From Nannocystis bainbridge (GTDB lineage Bacteria > Myxococcota_A > Polyangia > Nannocystales > Nannocystaceae): a stretch of 64,000 nucleotides of DNA. Positions within the stretch are counted from its first letter, which is position 1, and the number at the start of each line of letters is the position of its first letter. The DNA lies in the NCBI RefSeq assembly GCF_028368995.1, contig NZ_JAQNDL010000001.1, positions 1,472,001-1,536,000 of the forward strand, given 5' to 3'. A model generated the notes under the pieces. It saw only the letters and a program-made list of their open reading frames with translations. It had not been told where the DNA came from and made no database searches. The translations under genes were made by a program, and so were the position numbers. This document shows positions 1-10,264 of this stretch, piece by piece.

Positions 1-293
1 GATCCGGTTCCGTGGCGTCGTCACCGTCACAGCAATTGGGTGACGGCCCCATCCGCCCCGGGATCGAGGTCACTCGTCGCCTCGTCCGCGGCGGATGAGG
101 ACACGCATCGAGTCCCATGAAACTCGCGGCCGGGAGTCGAAGCAGCCGCGCATCCGCTTACCGTCCGCTCTCCCGTTCGGACTACCAACGTCCGCCCGCA
201 GCCTCGTGGTGAAGGGCCCGGTCGGCTCCGAGCGCCCGACCCTCGGCGACCTCGCCATTGCGCCCCGGGGCCGTTGTTTGCGACCCTCGCGGC

Positions 294-1274
294 ATGCTCC
301 GCCGCCTCGTCGCCCTCCTCGCCGCCTCCGGTCTCGCCTGCGCCGGCGAGGCGGCCAAGTCGGTCGCTCCCGAGGTCGCCGCGCCGCCGCCCGTCGCGCC
401 GCCCGCACCTGCATCACCTGTCCCCGAGGACAGCCAGCCGCCCGCGCTCGAGAAGACCAGCGTCGCGGTCGACGGTCACAGCATCGCCGTGCACGTCAAG
501 CGCCCCGCGGCGCCGTGGGGCGCGATCGTCCTGGTCCACGGCCGCACCTGGAGCGCCCTGCCCGACTTCGACCTGCAGGTGCCCGGCGCGCGCGTCTCGT
601 TGATGGACAACCTCGCCGCCGAGGGCCTGGCGGTCTATGCCGTCGACCTGCGCGGCTACGGGGCCACCGCGCGCGACCCCAGCGGCTACACCGACCCGAT
701 CCAGGCCGCCGACGATCTCGCCGCCGTCGCTCGCCTCGCGGGCACCGGGCTGCCGACCCGGCCCGCCGTGCTCGGCTGGTCGCTCGGCGCCCGGGTCGCA
801 GCGCTCGCCGCCGAGCGCCACGACGACGCCATCGGCCCGCTGATCCTCTACGGCTCGCCGTGCCCGCCCAAGACCCCGCCGCCCGCCAAGCCTCCGGCGC
901 CGCCGGCCAAGACCAGCAACACCGAGGCCGCCGCGCGCTCCGACTTCATCACCCCCGACACGCTCGAGCCCGGGGTCGCCGACGCCTTCGCCGCCGCAGC
1001 CCTGGCCGCCGACCCGGTCAAGGCCGACTGGCGCGACCTCCACGTGTGGGCCGACTTCGCCCGCCTCTCCACGCCGGTGCTGGCGATCCACGGCGACCGC
1101 GACCCGGTCGTCACGCCGGCGTGCCTGCAAGAGCGGCTGGCGCAGGTCCCCGGCGGCGCCCAGATCGAGGTCCTCGCCGGCTACGACCACGCGGCCCACC
1201 TCGAGCGCGCGGCCCCGCAGTTCGTCGCCGCCGTGGTCGGCTTCCTCCGCAAGCACAGCGCCCCGCGCGGCTGA
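294..1274 (+). CDS. Alpha/beta-fold hydrolase, probable lipoprotein
   Basis: Signal peptide with lipobox-like GLAC, HG oxyanion motif (VLVHGR), nucleophile elbow GWSLG, HGDRD, C-terminal catalytic His (DHAAH). Confidence 0.85.
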   Translation: MLRRLVALLAASGLACAGEAAKSVAPEVAAPPPVAPPAPASPVPEDSQPPALEKTSVAVDGHSIAVHVKRPAAPWGAIVLVHGRTWSALPDFDLQVPGARVSLMDNLAAEGLAVYAVDLRGYGATARDPSGYTDPIQAADDLAAVARLAGTGLPTRPAVLGWSLGARVAALAAERHDDAIGPLILYGSPCPPKTPPPAKPPAPPAKTSNTEAAARSDFITPDTLEPGVADAFAAAALAADPVKADWRDLHVWADFARLSTPVLAIHGDRDPVVTPACLQERLAQVPGGAQIEVLAGYDHAAHLERAAPQFVAAVVGFLRKHSAPRG

Positions 1275-1291
1275 CCACGCGGATTTGAGCG

Positions 1292-1313
1292 CACATGTCC
1301 TTCAGGACATGTG
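1292..1313. repeat. Intergenic palindromic repeat CACATGTCC-N4-GGACATGTG (REP-like family)
   Basis: Perfect 9-bp inverted repeat just after a stop codon; related copies elsewhere in the window. Confidence 0.7.
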
Positions 1314-1448
1314 ATTCCTCGGCGACGCTCGACCTCCCCGGCTCCAGCGAGACACCGACCGAAACTCTGCCACCGCGCCGTCCTGCTCCGACAAGACAAC
1401 GACCGACCCCTGCCACCGCGCCGTTCGCCCGGGTACCCTCGATCACCG

Positions 1449-2474
1449 ATGCGACTCCTGCTGCTCCTCGGCGCCCTCGTCGCCTGCACCCCCGCGATCC
1501 CGGAGCCGATCTGGGAGGGCGAGTTCCTCCACTACAGCACGACCATCGACGCGCCGGTCTGTCGCGGCTCGTTCGTCCTCCAGGAGCGCCACGCCGTCGA
1601 GGTGGCGGCCCTGATGGGCTTCGAGTTGCCCGAGGTGATCCACTTCACCCGCATCAAGCAGCGGCAGGTCCGCAAGTACTGCCGACAGCGCGCTCGCGGG
1701 TGCGCCTGGGACGACGCGCCCTACGCGTTCTTCGCCGAGAGCAGCTTCAACTTCCACGAGCTCACCCACGTCGTCGCCAACCTCGGCGGCCTGTCCGGAC
1801 CGAGAGCCTTCAACGAGGGGCTCGCCGAGGTCTTCGCGGACACCTCGGCCTCCATCCTCAGCGGCACCCCGCTCGCCCGGGTGCTCCACGGCGACATCGA
1901 CGATATCGCCGACTATCACACCGCCGGCCGGTTCGTCCGCTTCCTGATCGAGCGCCACGATCTCTCGGTGTTCGTCGAGTTCATGCGCTCGACCTGGCGC
2001 GAGGCCGAGTTCGACGAGTTCGCCCCGATCTTCGCCGAGGTGTTCGGCGAGCCGATCGAGGACGCGATGGCCGACTTCGCCGACTATCCGAGCTGCAGCA
2101 GCACGAGCAACCGGATCGCCGTGCTCGACTGCAACCTGCCGCTGCAGCCGTGGGACGGCGCGACGCTGTCCCTCACCGCGAACCTCGCGTGCGACCAGGC
2201 CGACGTGCTCGGCCCCGACAGGCACGGCCTGATGTTCACGAGCCGCGGCTTCGAGATCGCGCAAGAAGGCACCTACCGCATCACGCCATCCGCGTCGTCC
2301 GAATGGGCGCTCTTCAGGATCATCCGCTGCGGCTCGTGCTGGGACGATCTCGAGATCGGTATCATGCCCGGGACGACCGAGGAGCTCGTACTCCCGCCCG
2401 GCCGCTACTACGCGCAGTTCGGCCGCAGGACCCGCGAGCCCGCCGAGCTCGGCCTGCAGATCGAGCAGCGCTGA
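1449..2474 (+). CDS. Lipoprotein with gluzincin-like metallopeptidase motif
   Basis: MRLLLLLGALVAC lipoprotein signal; HELTH followed by downstream NEGLAE (HExxH...E); Cys-containing C-terminal domain. Confidence 0.7.
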   Translation: MRLLLLLGALVACTPAIPEPIWEGEFLHYSTTIDAPVCRGSFVLQERHAVEVAALMGFELPEVIHFTRIKQRQVRKYCRQRARGCAWDDAPYAFFAESSFNFHELTHVVANLGGLSGPRAFNEGLAEVFADTSASILSGTPLARVLHGDIDDIADYHTAGRFVRFLIERHDLSVFVEFMRSTWREAEFDEFAPIFAEVFGEPIEDAMADFADYPSCSSTSNRIAVLDCNLPLQPWDGATLSLTANLACDQADVLGPDRHGLMFTSRGFEIAQEGTYRITPSASSEWALFRIIRCGSCWDDLEIGIMPGTTEELVLPPGRYYAQFGRRTREPAELGLQIEQR

Positions 2475-2596
2475 CGACCGCGCATCGACCTGCCTCGCAA
2501 AGGTTGCAGTACGGCGCTCGAATGGCGTTCACGCGACCATGCACGCGCCGCGCTTGGCCATGCCTCGCCACGCCTGTACCCTGCTCGCGGGTCGCC

Positions 2597-3274
2597 ATGC
2601 CTCGAAGCTCTCGTCTTGCATTGGTCCTCGCAGCGCGCCTCGGCTCGGCGCTCGCCTTCTCGCTCGCCGCCTGTCGCCCCGCCGAGAGCGCCGCGCCGCC
2701 GAGCCCCGCGCCCGAGCCGCCCGCGGCCGCCGCGCCGGCCAGCGCCACCCCTCCCGGCCAGGCGGCGAGCCCCGAGTCCCCGCCAGCCACCAGCGCCCCT
2801 GCCGACGCGACCTCGTCCGCCGCGCCTTCCCGGCCCGCTGGCGCCGCGCCTTCGGCTTCGTCTTCGACCGGCAGCCTGCCTTCCGCCGATCCCGGCGCCG
2901 CCGATCCGCTGCGCAGCTCGGGCCACTTCGTGGCCACCGACAGCCCTGCCGGCAGCTGGCGCACCGACCTGCCTGGCAGCCTCGACAAGGACGTCGTCCG
3001 CCGCGTCGTCCGCAGCGGCATCGCCGGCGTCCGCGACTGCTACACGGCCGGCCTGGCCCACACCCCGACCCTCGCCGGGCGCGTCACGATCCAGTTCACG
3101 ATCGGCGGCGACGGCGTGGTGAAGCTGGCGGTGGTCCAGGACTCGACCCTCCCCGCCGCCGGCCAGGCGGTCGCCGAATGCATCGCCGGCGTCGCCGCGG
3201 GCTGGCGCTTCCCTCCGCCCGAGGGCGGCGGCATCGTCATCGTCAGCTACCCATTCGTGCTCGAGCCCGAATAG
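2597..3274 (+). CDS. Lipoprotein with AgmX/PglI (TonB-C-like) C-terminal domain
   Basis: LAAC lipobox, Pro/Ala/Ser linker, GSLDKDVVRRVV...CY...GRVTIQFTI...WRFPPPEGGGIVIVSYPF signature. Confidence 0.8.
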   Translation: MPRSSRLALVLAARLGSALAFSLAACRPAESAAPPSPAPEPPAAAAPASATPPGQAASPESPPATSAPADATSSAAPSRPAGAAPSASSSTGSLPSADPGAADPLRSSGHFVATDSPAGSWRTDLPGSLDKDVVRRVVRSGIAGVRDCYTAGLAHTPTLAGRVTIQFTIGGDGVVKLAVVQDSTLPAAGQAVAECIAGVAAGWRFPPPEGGGIVIVSYPFVLEPE

Positions 3275-3328
3275 CGGCAGAGCCGGCCCGCGGCGGGCTC
3301 GATCCGGGCTCCGCTCGTCCTCGCGGCT

Positions 3329-4462
3329 TCACGCGCCCTGCCACACCGGCAGGTAGCCCCGCCGGCGGATCATCGCCGCCACGGCCCGGGGCGGGCGTTC
3401 GTCGGCGATGTGGAACTGCTCGCCGGGCTGCTCGCGCACGGGTGTCCATTCGTCCTGTGCGAAATCACTGTAGCCGCCCGGCTCGGTGCTCGCGCCGGCG
3501 CTCATCGTCGTCACGCCGATCGTCACCATGCGGTCGCGCAGCGGCGCCGACTCGCGGGTCGACACGACGATGTCGGCCGCGGGCAAGAACAGCCGCAGCG
3601 CGCAGACGATCGCCAAAAATTCTTCGTCGTTCGGCACGTACTGCGGGTCGGGCTGGAACGCGCCGGCCGCCGGCCGCAAGCGCGGCAGGCTGATCGCAAG
3701 CTGCACTTCGGGGCAGGTGCGCCGCAGGTGATCGGCGTGCGCCGCCAGCGACAGCGCCTCGAAGCGGAAATCTTGGAGCCCGTACAGCGCGCCGATCCCG
3801 AGGCGGCGAAACCCGCCGGCCAGGCCCCGCTCCGGCGCGTCCAGGCGCCACGCGTAGCGCTTCTTCGGCCCCGCCGTATGGACCGCGCGGTACGTCGGCT
3901 CGTGGTAGGTCTCCTGATACACCACCAGCCCGGCGCAGCCGGCCGCCACCATCGGCACATAGGCCTGGCTCTCGAGCGGACCGATCTCGATCGAAACCTC
4001 GGGCATGATCGGCAGCACCGCGCGGATCACCGCCTCGACGTACCCGTTCGACACGAACTTCGGATGCTCGCCGGCGACGATCAGCAGCGAGCCGATGCCG
4101 CGCGCCCGCAACGCTTGGACCTCGCGCACCGCCTGCTCGCCCGCGATCGTGATCCGCGGGATCGGGTTGGTGCGCGAGAAACCGCAGTAGGAGCAGACGT
4201 TGACGCACTCGTTCGAAAGATAGAGCGGCGCGAACAGGCGGATCGAGCGCCCGAAATGGCGCTGCGCGAGCTCGCCGGAGCGCGCGGCCACGGCCGGCAA
4301 GCGCTCGATCGCCGCCGGCGACAGCAGCGCCGCGACCTCCTCGAGGCTCTCGGCGTGCCCGCGGCGGAGGATCGGCTCGAGCTCCGCCGGCGTGGTAGCG
4401 AGCGAGCGCGCGACCCACGCGGCGATGGGCAAGGTCGGATAAACGGTGGAGAACGTCGGCAT
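3329..4462 (-). CDS. thiH: 2-iminoacetate synthase ThiH (radical SAM tyrosine lyase family)
   Basis: FAPLYLSNECVNVCSYCGF (CxxxCxxC), YQETY, SLPRLRP, STRE, MSAGASTEPGGY, QFHIADER motifs. Confidence 0.85.
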   Translation of the reverse strand: MPTFSTVYPTLPIAAWVARSLATTPAELEPILRRGHAESLEEVAALLSPAAIERLPAVAARSGELAQRHFGRSIRLFAPLYLSNECVNVCSYCGFSRTNPIPRITIAGEQAVREVQALRARGIGSLLIVAGEHPKFVSNGYVEAVIRAVLPIMPEVSIEIGPLESQAYVPMVAAGCAGLVVYQETYHEPTYRAVHTAGPKKRYAWRLDAPERGLAGGFRRLGIGALYGLQDFRFEALSLAAHADHLRRTCPEVQLAISLPRLRPAAGAFQPDPQYVPNDEEFLAIVCALRLFLPAADIVVSTRESAPLRDRMVTIGVTTMSAGASTEPGGYSDFAQDEWTPVREQPGEQFHIADERPPRAVAAMIRRRGYLPVWQGA

Positions 4463-4536
4463 GGCGTTTGTCTCTGCGAACGAGAGATGATGGGCGCTCA
4501 CCGCGGGCCCTGCAGGATTCGACGCGCAGGCGAAGT

Positions 4537-4558
4537 CATATGTCCCCGAGGACATGTG
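4537..4558. repeat. REP-like palindrome CATATGTCC-N4-GGACATGTG
   Basis: Same family as 1292-1313. Confidence 0.65.
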
Positions 4559-4807
4559 CGACGATCGAGCCCAGCCTTGGCGGAGGCGTCCGCGGGCGCT
4601 CACCCTGTGCATTCGCGGCGGCATCGCGCGAGCTGCCGTGGTTGTGCCGCCCAAAGATCAGGTGTCCTGCGACCGCGATTCAATTGCCCCGGTGCCCGAT
4701 TTATCGCCGAACCCGGGCAGCGCCTTCTCCGGGACGAACCCGCCGATCCCACAACGCGCACGCAACGGCATGCGACCGCAGACCGCCGCCCCTCGCCCGA
4801 CCCTGCA

Positions 4808-5764
4808 TCAGCGCATGCGACGATCGCCGCGGCACGCCCGAGCCTCCGTATACACCCCGGCCTCCGGCAGCTCGGCCTCGATGAACGTGCGCCCCTTCAC
4901 CGCCAATTCGAGCGCCGCCAGTTGGGCGCCGAGCACATCCGGCGGACACGGGGCGCTGCAGTCCACGCTGTCACCCCCGCGCACGAAGCTCCCCATCGAC
5001 CCGGCCATGGCCATGTTCGGACCTTGCGGATACGCCGTCAGGCGGCTGCAACGGCTGCAGCGACGTGGTTGACCGTCGACGCACTGCTCCTCCCGCACGC
5101 TCGCCTCGCTGCACACGATCTTCAGCGTGTACGCGGCAGCGCCGAAGTACGCGGCCCCCGCCTTGACCTCGAAGGCGGGCCCGTCGGCCAGCGTGGCGAA
5201 CGACCCGAGCCCGAACTCGCCGTCCGGCTGCCAGCGACCGCGAGCGTCGCGTTCGAACGCCTCGCCGTGCGGCCCTGTGGTGATGATCCCACGCTCGGTG
5301 ATGTCGACGCCCTCGTAGCGCACGGTCTTCCGGGTGCCCGCGACCGTGGCGACCTCGCGCGCGCGACCGAAGAACCCGTCGTCTTCCCACCCGCCACGCA
5401 CCGCGAAGCAGCGGTCGCCGCGGGCCCGCACCCACAGCCTCGTGCGAGCGCCGACGAGCCGGCGGAACTCCGCCCACCGCTCCTCCTCGTCCCCCGCCTC
5501 CCGGTGCTCCGCCAGCTCCGGCAACGTCGCCACCGCCCAAGCCCAGCGCGCCGACACCTCCATCGCCTCGACCTCGGCGAGCAGCCGCGACGACTCGCTC
5601 ACCGCCTCCGCCGGCTGCGGCTCAGGCGCGAGCGCCGGTTCGGCTTCCACCACCACCGCTACAGCCGGCTCCGAGGGCGGAGGCACCGGCATCGCCGCCC
5701 CGGCCGGCGCGCGCGCGCACGCCAGCAGGACCGCAGGAGCGACGAGGACCAGGCCAGCTCGCAT
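4808..5764 (-). CDS. Hypothetical Cys-containing lipoprotein
   Basis: MRAGLVLVAPAVLLAC lipobox; GC-rich codon usage; several Cys near the C-terminus. Confidence 0.6.
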   Translation of the reverse strand: MRAGLVLVAPAVLLACARAPAGAAMPVPPPSEPAVAVVVEAEPALAPEPQPAEAVSESSRLLAEVEAMEVSARWAWAVATLPELAEHREAGDEEERWAEFRRLVGARTRLWVRARGDRCFAVRGGWEDDGFFGRAREVATVAGTRKTVRYEGVDITERGIITTGPHGEAFERDARGRWQPDGEFGLGSFATLADGPAFEVKAGAAYFGAAAYTLKIVCSEASVREEQCVDGQPRRCSRCSRLTAYPQGPNMAMAGSMGSFVRGGDSVDCSAPCPPDVLGAQLAALELAVKGRTFIEAELPEAGVYTEARACRGDRRMR

Positions 5765-6380
5765 CGTCGCCCCGAACGCGGTCACGCGCCCCACTATTCC
5801 ACGAGCGGCCCACGAACGCCACCGCGAAGCGCCACCGCGAGCCCCGACGCACGCATAGGGCGGGCCGCCGGCCCCTCGCGCAGCCGCACGACGAGACTTA
5901 GAGACGTGTCTCGCAGTTCTCCAAGTGGCCGACTTTAGGCGCGTTGCGCTCACTGCATTTGCAGAGTTCCCGACCGCTCGGCACACCCACTACGGACAAA
6001 CCCGCGCGCAACGATGTTGTATGTTGAAAATGCGGAATTCCTATGCTCAGCATAAAGCGCATCCATCGTCGGCTCTATCGTTAGCGGCACGAACACGACC
6101 CTCACCTATATTACCGTGAATGATATAAAGGTACGCCCGCTGATTCCGCTCGATAGCCCTCGTACCCGAGTGCGTAGGCGATGCGTAGGCAAACCCGCCC
6201 CCCCCCGACCATGAAGGGCCCACCTCCCATTCGAGGGCAATCGGTTGCGCGCTGCCGATCGACCCGACTATTTTGAACGAAGTCGTCGAGGCCAGCTATG
6301 GGTGAGGACCGTGAGAGAAAGCTAGTCGACACTGTGGGCCGCAGCAACTCATTCATGTCTTGCCGATGTAGACATGCACC

Positions 6381-7070
6381 ATGTCCCTGGTTGCGGTGCT
6401 CGTCGCGCTAGCTCTCGCTGCTCAACCTGTTGGTGCGCCACTTCTCTGCCCCAAAAACACCACCTCGTGTGCTTCAGGGGGATGCGTACCGCTGGGTGAT
6501 GTATGTCCCTCGACGGCCGAGCTCCATCCACCTGCGCGACCTGCGCCCACCGCTGCGCTCGCACCGCTCCCTCAAGCCCAGGAAAGCGAGGTAGAGGTGT
6601 TCGACGATCCGGCGCCGGCCAAGTCGGCAGCCGAGCGCTGCGCTGACGACGAAAAATCTGAGCTCCAGCCCCGCCGTTTCAAACTCAGATTTGGTCTGGC
6701 CCTGGGGAGTACGAGTGCGTTCCTTATCTCGAGTCTCACATTCGTCTTCGCACGAAAGCCGCTCGAGACCCAGTCCCAGACTGGGTTTGCTCATGAATCC
6801 GGGGTGGACGGTGTGAATCTTCGGGTGAACTGCATGAAGGGCAAACCGTGCGGCAACAGTTGCATTTCCTGGGATAAGGAGTGCCATGTCGACGACAGCG
6901 ATGGCGTCGGCTCGCTCGGAAAGCTGACGCCAGCCGGCTGGGTCGTCGGAACCACGTTCTTTGTCATTGGTGTAGGACTGCTCGTCGCGGCCTTCGTGGC
7001 CCCGCCCAGACTCAAGCCGCGACGCGCTCAGTGTGGTCTAAGCGGATGCTCTTTGAAGTTCCAGTTCTGA
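6381..7070 (+). CDS. Hypothetical membrane protein with Cys-rich motifs, atypical codon usage
   Basis: Signal peptide, two hydrophobic segments flanking CMKGKPCGNSCISWDKECH; many A/T third positions. Confidence 0.6.
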   Translation: MSLVAVLVALALAAQPVGAPLLCPKNTTSCASGGCVPLGDVCPSTAELHPPARPAPTAALAPLPQAQESEVEVFDDPAPAKSAAERCADDEKSELQPRRFKLRFGLALGSTSAFLISSLTFVFARKPLETQSQTGFAHESGVDGVNLRVNCMKGKPCGNSCISWDKECHVDDSDGVGSLGKLTPAGWVVGTTFFVIGVGLLVAAFVAPPRLKPRRAQCGLSGCSLKFQF

Positions 7071-7218
7071 CCCTCACTACTCTGTGAGCCGCTCGCGCTC
7101 ACCATGCGTCGCCACAATGCCGTCACCGACGACAGCTCACTCACGGTGAACCTCTCCGAGCTCCGGAGACGCCGCACGCGGAACAAGGAACGAGGACGAA
7201 CGCATACACATCCCCGCC

Positions 7219-8151
7219 TCACCCCGGCGCGCGCGGCGGCTTCGGCAGGCACCCTGGCCACACCGACAGGAACTTCTGCAGCGTCGCCACGAAGCTGCTG
7301 AGGCGCGCCGGCACGTGGCGGCTCCTCGCATAGACCGCGTACATCTGCTCCACCGCCGGGCAGTAGCTGTCGAGCACCGGCACCACCCGGCCCTCCGAGA
7401 TCGCCGGCGCCGCCAGGTACTCCGGCAGCCGGGCGATCCCGCAGCCTGACACCGCCAGGTCGCGGATCAGCGGCCAGCTGTTGGCGGTCGCGTGGCGGTG
7501 CACGATCGCCGGGCGGGCCGAGCCCTTCGAGAAGCGCCACGTCGTCGCCTCGCGGCGCGTGCCCATCACCAGGCACACGTGCTTCGCCAGCTCGCGCGGG
7601 TGCGTCGGCGCGCCGCGGCGCGCCAGGTACTCCGGGCTCGCCACCAGGCGGTACTTCGCCGGCGCCCCGAGCTTGCGCGCCACCAGCGACGCGCTCGCGG
7701 CCGGCTCGGCCTGGATCACCACGTCGAAGCCGTCGCGCAGCGGGTCGAGCTGCCCGGCGCACAGCTCGATCTCCACCTCGACGTGCGGGTGTTCGCGGGC
7801 GAACTGGCCGAGCACGCGCCCCAGCACCCCCTCGCCGAAGCCGCCCGGCGCGGCGATCCGCAGGCGACCGCGCGCCTCCCCGCGCGCCTCGGCGATCGTG
7901 CGCTCGGCCTCGGTGACCACGTCGAGGCCGGCGCGGACCTGCTCGAAGTACCGCTGGCCCTCGTCGGTGAGGCGCACGCGCCGGGTCGTGCGCTCGAACA
8001 GGCGGGTCCCCAGCCGCTCCTCGAGCCGGCTGACCTGGACGCTGACCGTCGACACCGGCGCCGCCAGGGCCAGCGCGGCCGCGCGGAAGCTGCCGGCCTC
8101 GGCGACGCGGACGAACGCCTCGACGGCGGCGAAGTCGGGGCGGCTGTTCAT
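7219..8151 (-). CDS. LysR family transcriptional regulator (CrgA/DmlR-like)
   Basis: FVRVAEAGSFRAAA..L...VS..V..LEERLGTRLFERTTRRVRLT HTH; divergent from the GST gene. Confidence 0.92.
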   Translation of the reverse strand: MNSRPDFAAVEAFVRVAEAGSFRAAALALAAPVSTVSVQVSRLEERLGTRLFERTTRRVRLTDEGQRYFEQVRAGLDVVTEAERTIAEARGEARGRLRIAAPGGFGEGVLGRVLGQFAREHPHVEVEIELCAGQLDPLRDGFDVVIQAEPAASASLVARKLGAPAKYRLVASPEYLARRGAPTHPRELAKHVCLVMGTRREATTWRFSKGSARPAIVHRHATANSWPLIRDLAVSGCGIARLPEYLAAPAISEGRVVPVLDSYCPAVEQMYAVYARSRHVPARLSSFVATLQKFLSVWPGCLPKPPRAPG

Positions 8152-8156
8152 GGCCG

Positions 8157-8190
8157 TGAACAGATTGATCAATCGCCCGGGATTGTTCAA
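8157..8190. promoter_or_regulatory. Candidate LysR operator in a divergent promoter
   Basis: AT-rich stretch with perfect palindrome GATTGATCAATC (8163-8174) between divergent lysR and gst starts. Confidence 0.4.
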
Positions 8191-8216
8191 GCGCCGCGGG
8201 CGGCGTAGATCGGGGC

Positions 8217-8840
8217 ATGACCACCGAAGCGCTGCGACTCTACTACTACCCCGGCGTGTGCTCCCTCGCCCCGCACATCGCCCTGCGCGAGGCCGGCGCG
8301 ACCTTCGAGCTGGCGCGCGTCGACCTGCGCACCCGCAAGACCGAGGCCGGCGAAGATTTCGCGGCCGTCAACCCCAAGGGCTACGTCCCGGCCCTGCGGC
8401 TGCCCGACGGCGAGGTGCTGACCGAGACCGCCGTGCTGCTGCAGTACGTCGCCGACACCTGGCCCGAGGCCGGGCTCGCGCCGCTCCACGGCGGGCTGGA
8501 GCGGGTCCGCTTCGACGAGCGGCTGATCTTCATCGCCACCGAGCTGCACAAGGGCTTCGCCCCGTTCACGATCATGCCGAACGCCGGCGACGAGGCCAAG
8601 CGCTGGGCGTCCCAGCGGCTGACCGCGCGCGTCGAGCTGCTGGCGCGCGACCTCGGCGAGCGGCCGTTCTTCCACGGCGACGCGTTCACGGTGCTCGACG
8701 CCTACGCCTTCTTCGCGCTGCGCGTCTACCCCAAGCTGTTCGCCGCCGAGCTGCCGGCCAACCTCGCCGCCTTCCAGGCCCGCGTCGCCGCGCGGCCCGC
8801 GGTGGTCGCCGCGTTCGCGGCCGAGGGGCTCAAGGCGTAG
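8217..8840 (+). CDS. Glutathione S-transferase (beta class, GstA-like)
   Basis: YYPGVCSLAPHIALRE, NPKGYVPAL, LTE, FIATELHKGF motifs. Confidence 0.92.
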   Translation: MTTEALRLYYYPGVCSLAPHIALREAGATFELARVDLRTRKTEAGEDFAAVNPKGYVPALRLPDGEVLTETAVLLQYVADTWPEAGLAPLHGGLERVRFDERLIFIATELHKGFAPFTIMPNAGDEAKRWASQRLTARVELLARDLGERPFFHGDAFTVLDAYAFFALRVYPKLFAAELPANLAAFQARVAARPAVVAAFAAEGLKA

Positions 8841-8921
8841 CGGTCCCGGCCCGTGGTGACGATGTAAATGGACGGCCGCGTCGGTCGGTGGCGACGACCC
8901 GTCGGTACGACGAGAGGGCCT

Positions 8922-10043
8922 TCACTCCGCGGCGTCCACGGCTCGCTCTTCGTGAGCGCGGAGGCTCTCGACGATCGAGTCGCGGATCCTCCGGAAGAGC
9001 GCTTCATCTCTGGCAGACTCCTCGTCGTCGTCGTCGGGCTCCGCGGACCGATGCGCCGAATCCCACAGCTCGAGGGCCTCGACGAGGCGTGCCCGGTCGC
9101 CCCCCGCGTGTTCGTGGAGGTGTGCGGCGAGCATCCTGCGCGTCGCCGGTTCGTCGGGGCGGAGCGCCAGCGCGGCGCGGAGGCGCCGTTCGGCTTCGTC
9201 ATGGTGGCCGAGCTCGTTGCAAAGCACGGCGAGCGCGCGCGCCAGGAATGAGTCTTCGGAGTCGCCGACGTGGGCGACCCATGGGTCCACCTCGGCGATC
9301 GTGGTGGCGACGAGTTCCGGGTGCGCCTCGACGAATCTGAAAGCCATGAGGACGGCTCGCATGTGCTCCTCGCCGAGCGGGAGGCGGACGCCACCGATCT
9401 CGCCGGCGCTGTCCGACCCGCCGCGCCCGCGCACCGCCGCGAGAAAGCGGAGCCGAGCGGTGAGACACCCGACCATGTCGTCGTCGCGCAGGTCGTCGGC
9501 GTCCGCCAGGAGCGCCAGCAACGACTCGAGCGGCGGATCTTCCGGACGAAGCCGTCGCCACAACTCGACGGCGGCGAGCCCGAGGAAATCGCGGTCCGCC
9601 GCCGACACGCGCGACCCGAGGGCGGGTAACCAGTGAATCCGCGACATTCGCCAGGCAGAGCCGCCGGCGGGCATCCGGGCGATGTGAGCCAGGACGTCGG
9701 CTCGAGAGAGGACGAGGCCGCGGTCGGCGAGGCCGGTGAACAGGGCGTCGTCGGCGAGCGCGGCGACCTCCGCGTGCGTCCAGAAGCCGGGCATCTCGTG
9801 CCGCCAACGCCACGGCGTGCCACGGACGACGAGCTCGCGCTCACGCTCACGCTGCGTCAGATAGGGATGCACGTCGGTGTCCTCGTCAGCGCTGAGCACT
9901 CGCCCGTCACGGGCGAGTGGGCGCGGAGGCGCGGGGGTGGACCCGTCCTTGCGCGCGACGGTCCGGGCCTTCCGGCGCTCGACCTCCCGAAGGTGTCGCT
10001 TCTCGGCGCGGCGTCGGGCGCTGCGATGCTGCTGCTGGCTCAT
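8922..10043 (-). CDS. Hypothetical helical/TPR-like protein
   Basis: Protein-like part of a longer ORF starting at MSQQQHR; TPR-like ELGHHDEAERRLRAALALRPD near the C-terminus. Confidence 0.55.
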   Translation of the reverse strand: MSQQQHRSARRRAEKRHLREVERRKARTVARKDGSTPAPPRPLARDGRVLSADEDTDVHPYLTQRERERELVVRGTPWRWRHEMPGFWTHAEVAALADDALFTGLADRGLVLSRADVLAHIARMPAGGSAWRMSRIHWLPALGSRVSAADRDFLGLAAVELWRRLRPEDPPLESLLALLADADDLRDDDMVGCLTARLRFLAAVRGRGGSDSAGEIGGVRLPLGEEHMRAVLMAFRFVEAHPELVATTIAEVDPWVAHVGDSEDSFLARALAVLCNELGHHDEAERRLRAALALRPDEPATRRMLAAHLHEHAGGDRARLVEALELWDSAHRSAEPDDDDEESARDEALFRRIRDSIVESLRAHEERAVDAAE

Positions 10044-10203
10044 GGCACGACCCATAGCCCGTGAGCGTTTCCGCGCCAAGCGCCGCGAGGGGTGTTTGAA
10101 AGCTTCTAGATGGTTGCGCGGCTCCTCGACGCCGCCATCGAGAATCCACCCGGGCGTACGGACTCTCGAGTCAAAGCGCGACCCGGCTCGACATGGCGAT
10201 CGA

Positions 10204-10254
10204 GACATGTCCTTAAGAACATGTCCGTGGGGACATGCCCTTTCGCGCATGTCC
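10204..10254. repeat. REP-like array of (G/A)ACATG(T/C)CC units
   Basis: GACATGTCCTTAAG-AACATGTCCGTGGG-GACATGCCC...CATGTCC, about 14-bp period, just past the 3' end of the sulfatase-fold gene. Confidence 0.7.
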
Positions 10255-10264
10255 GCTCTCGCCG

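Noticed and set aside
4560-4740. TPP riboswitch upstream of thiH (ACCTGATC on the minus strand near 4657-4664)
   Set aside because: The required upstream CUGAGA and downstream AAU...GCG.AGG elements are not visible; an Infernal RF00059 search would settle it.
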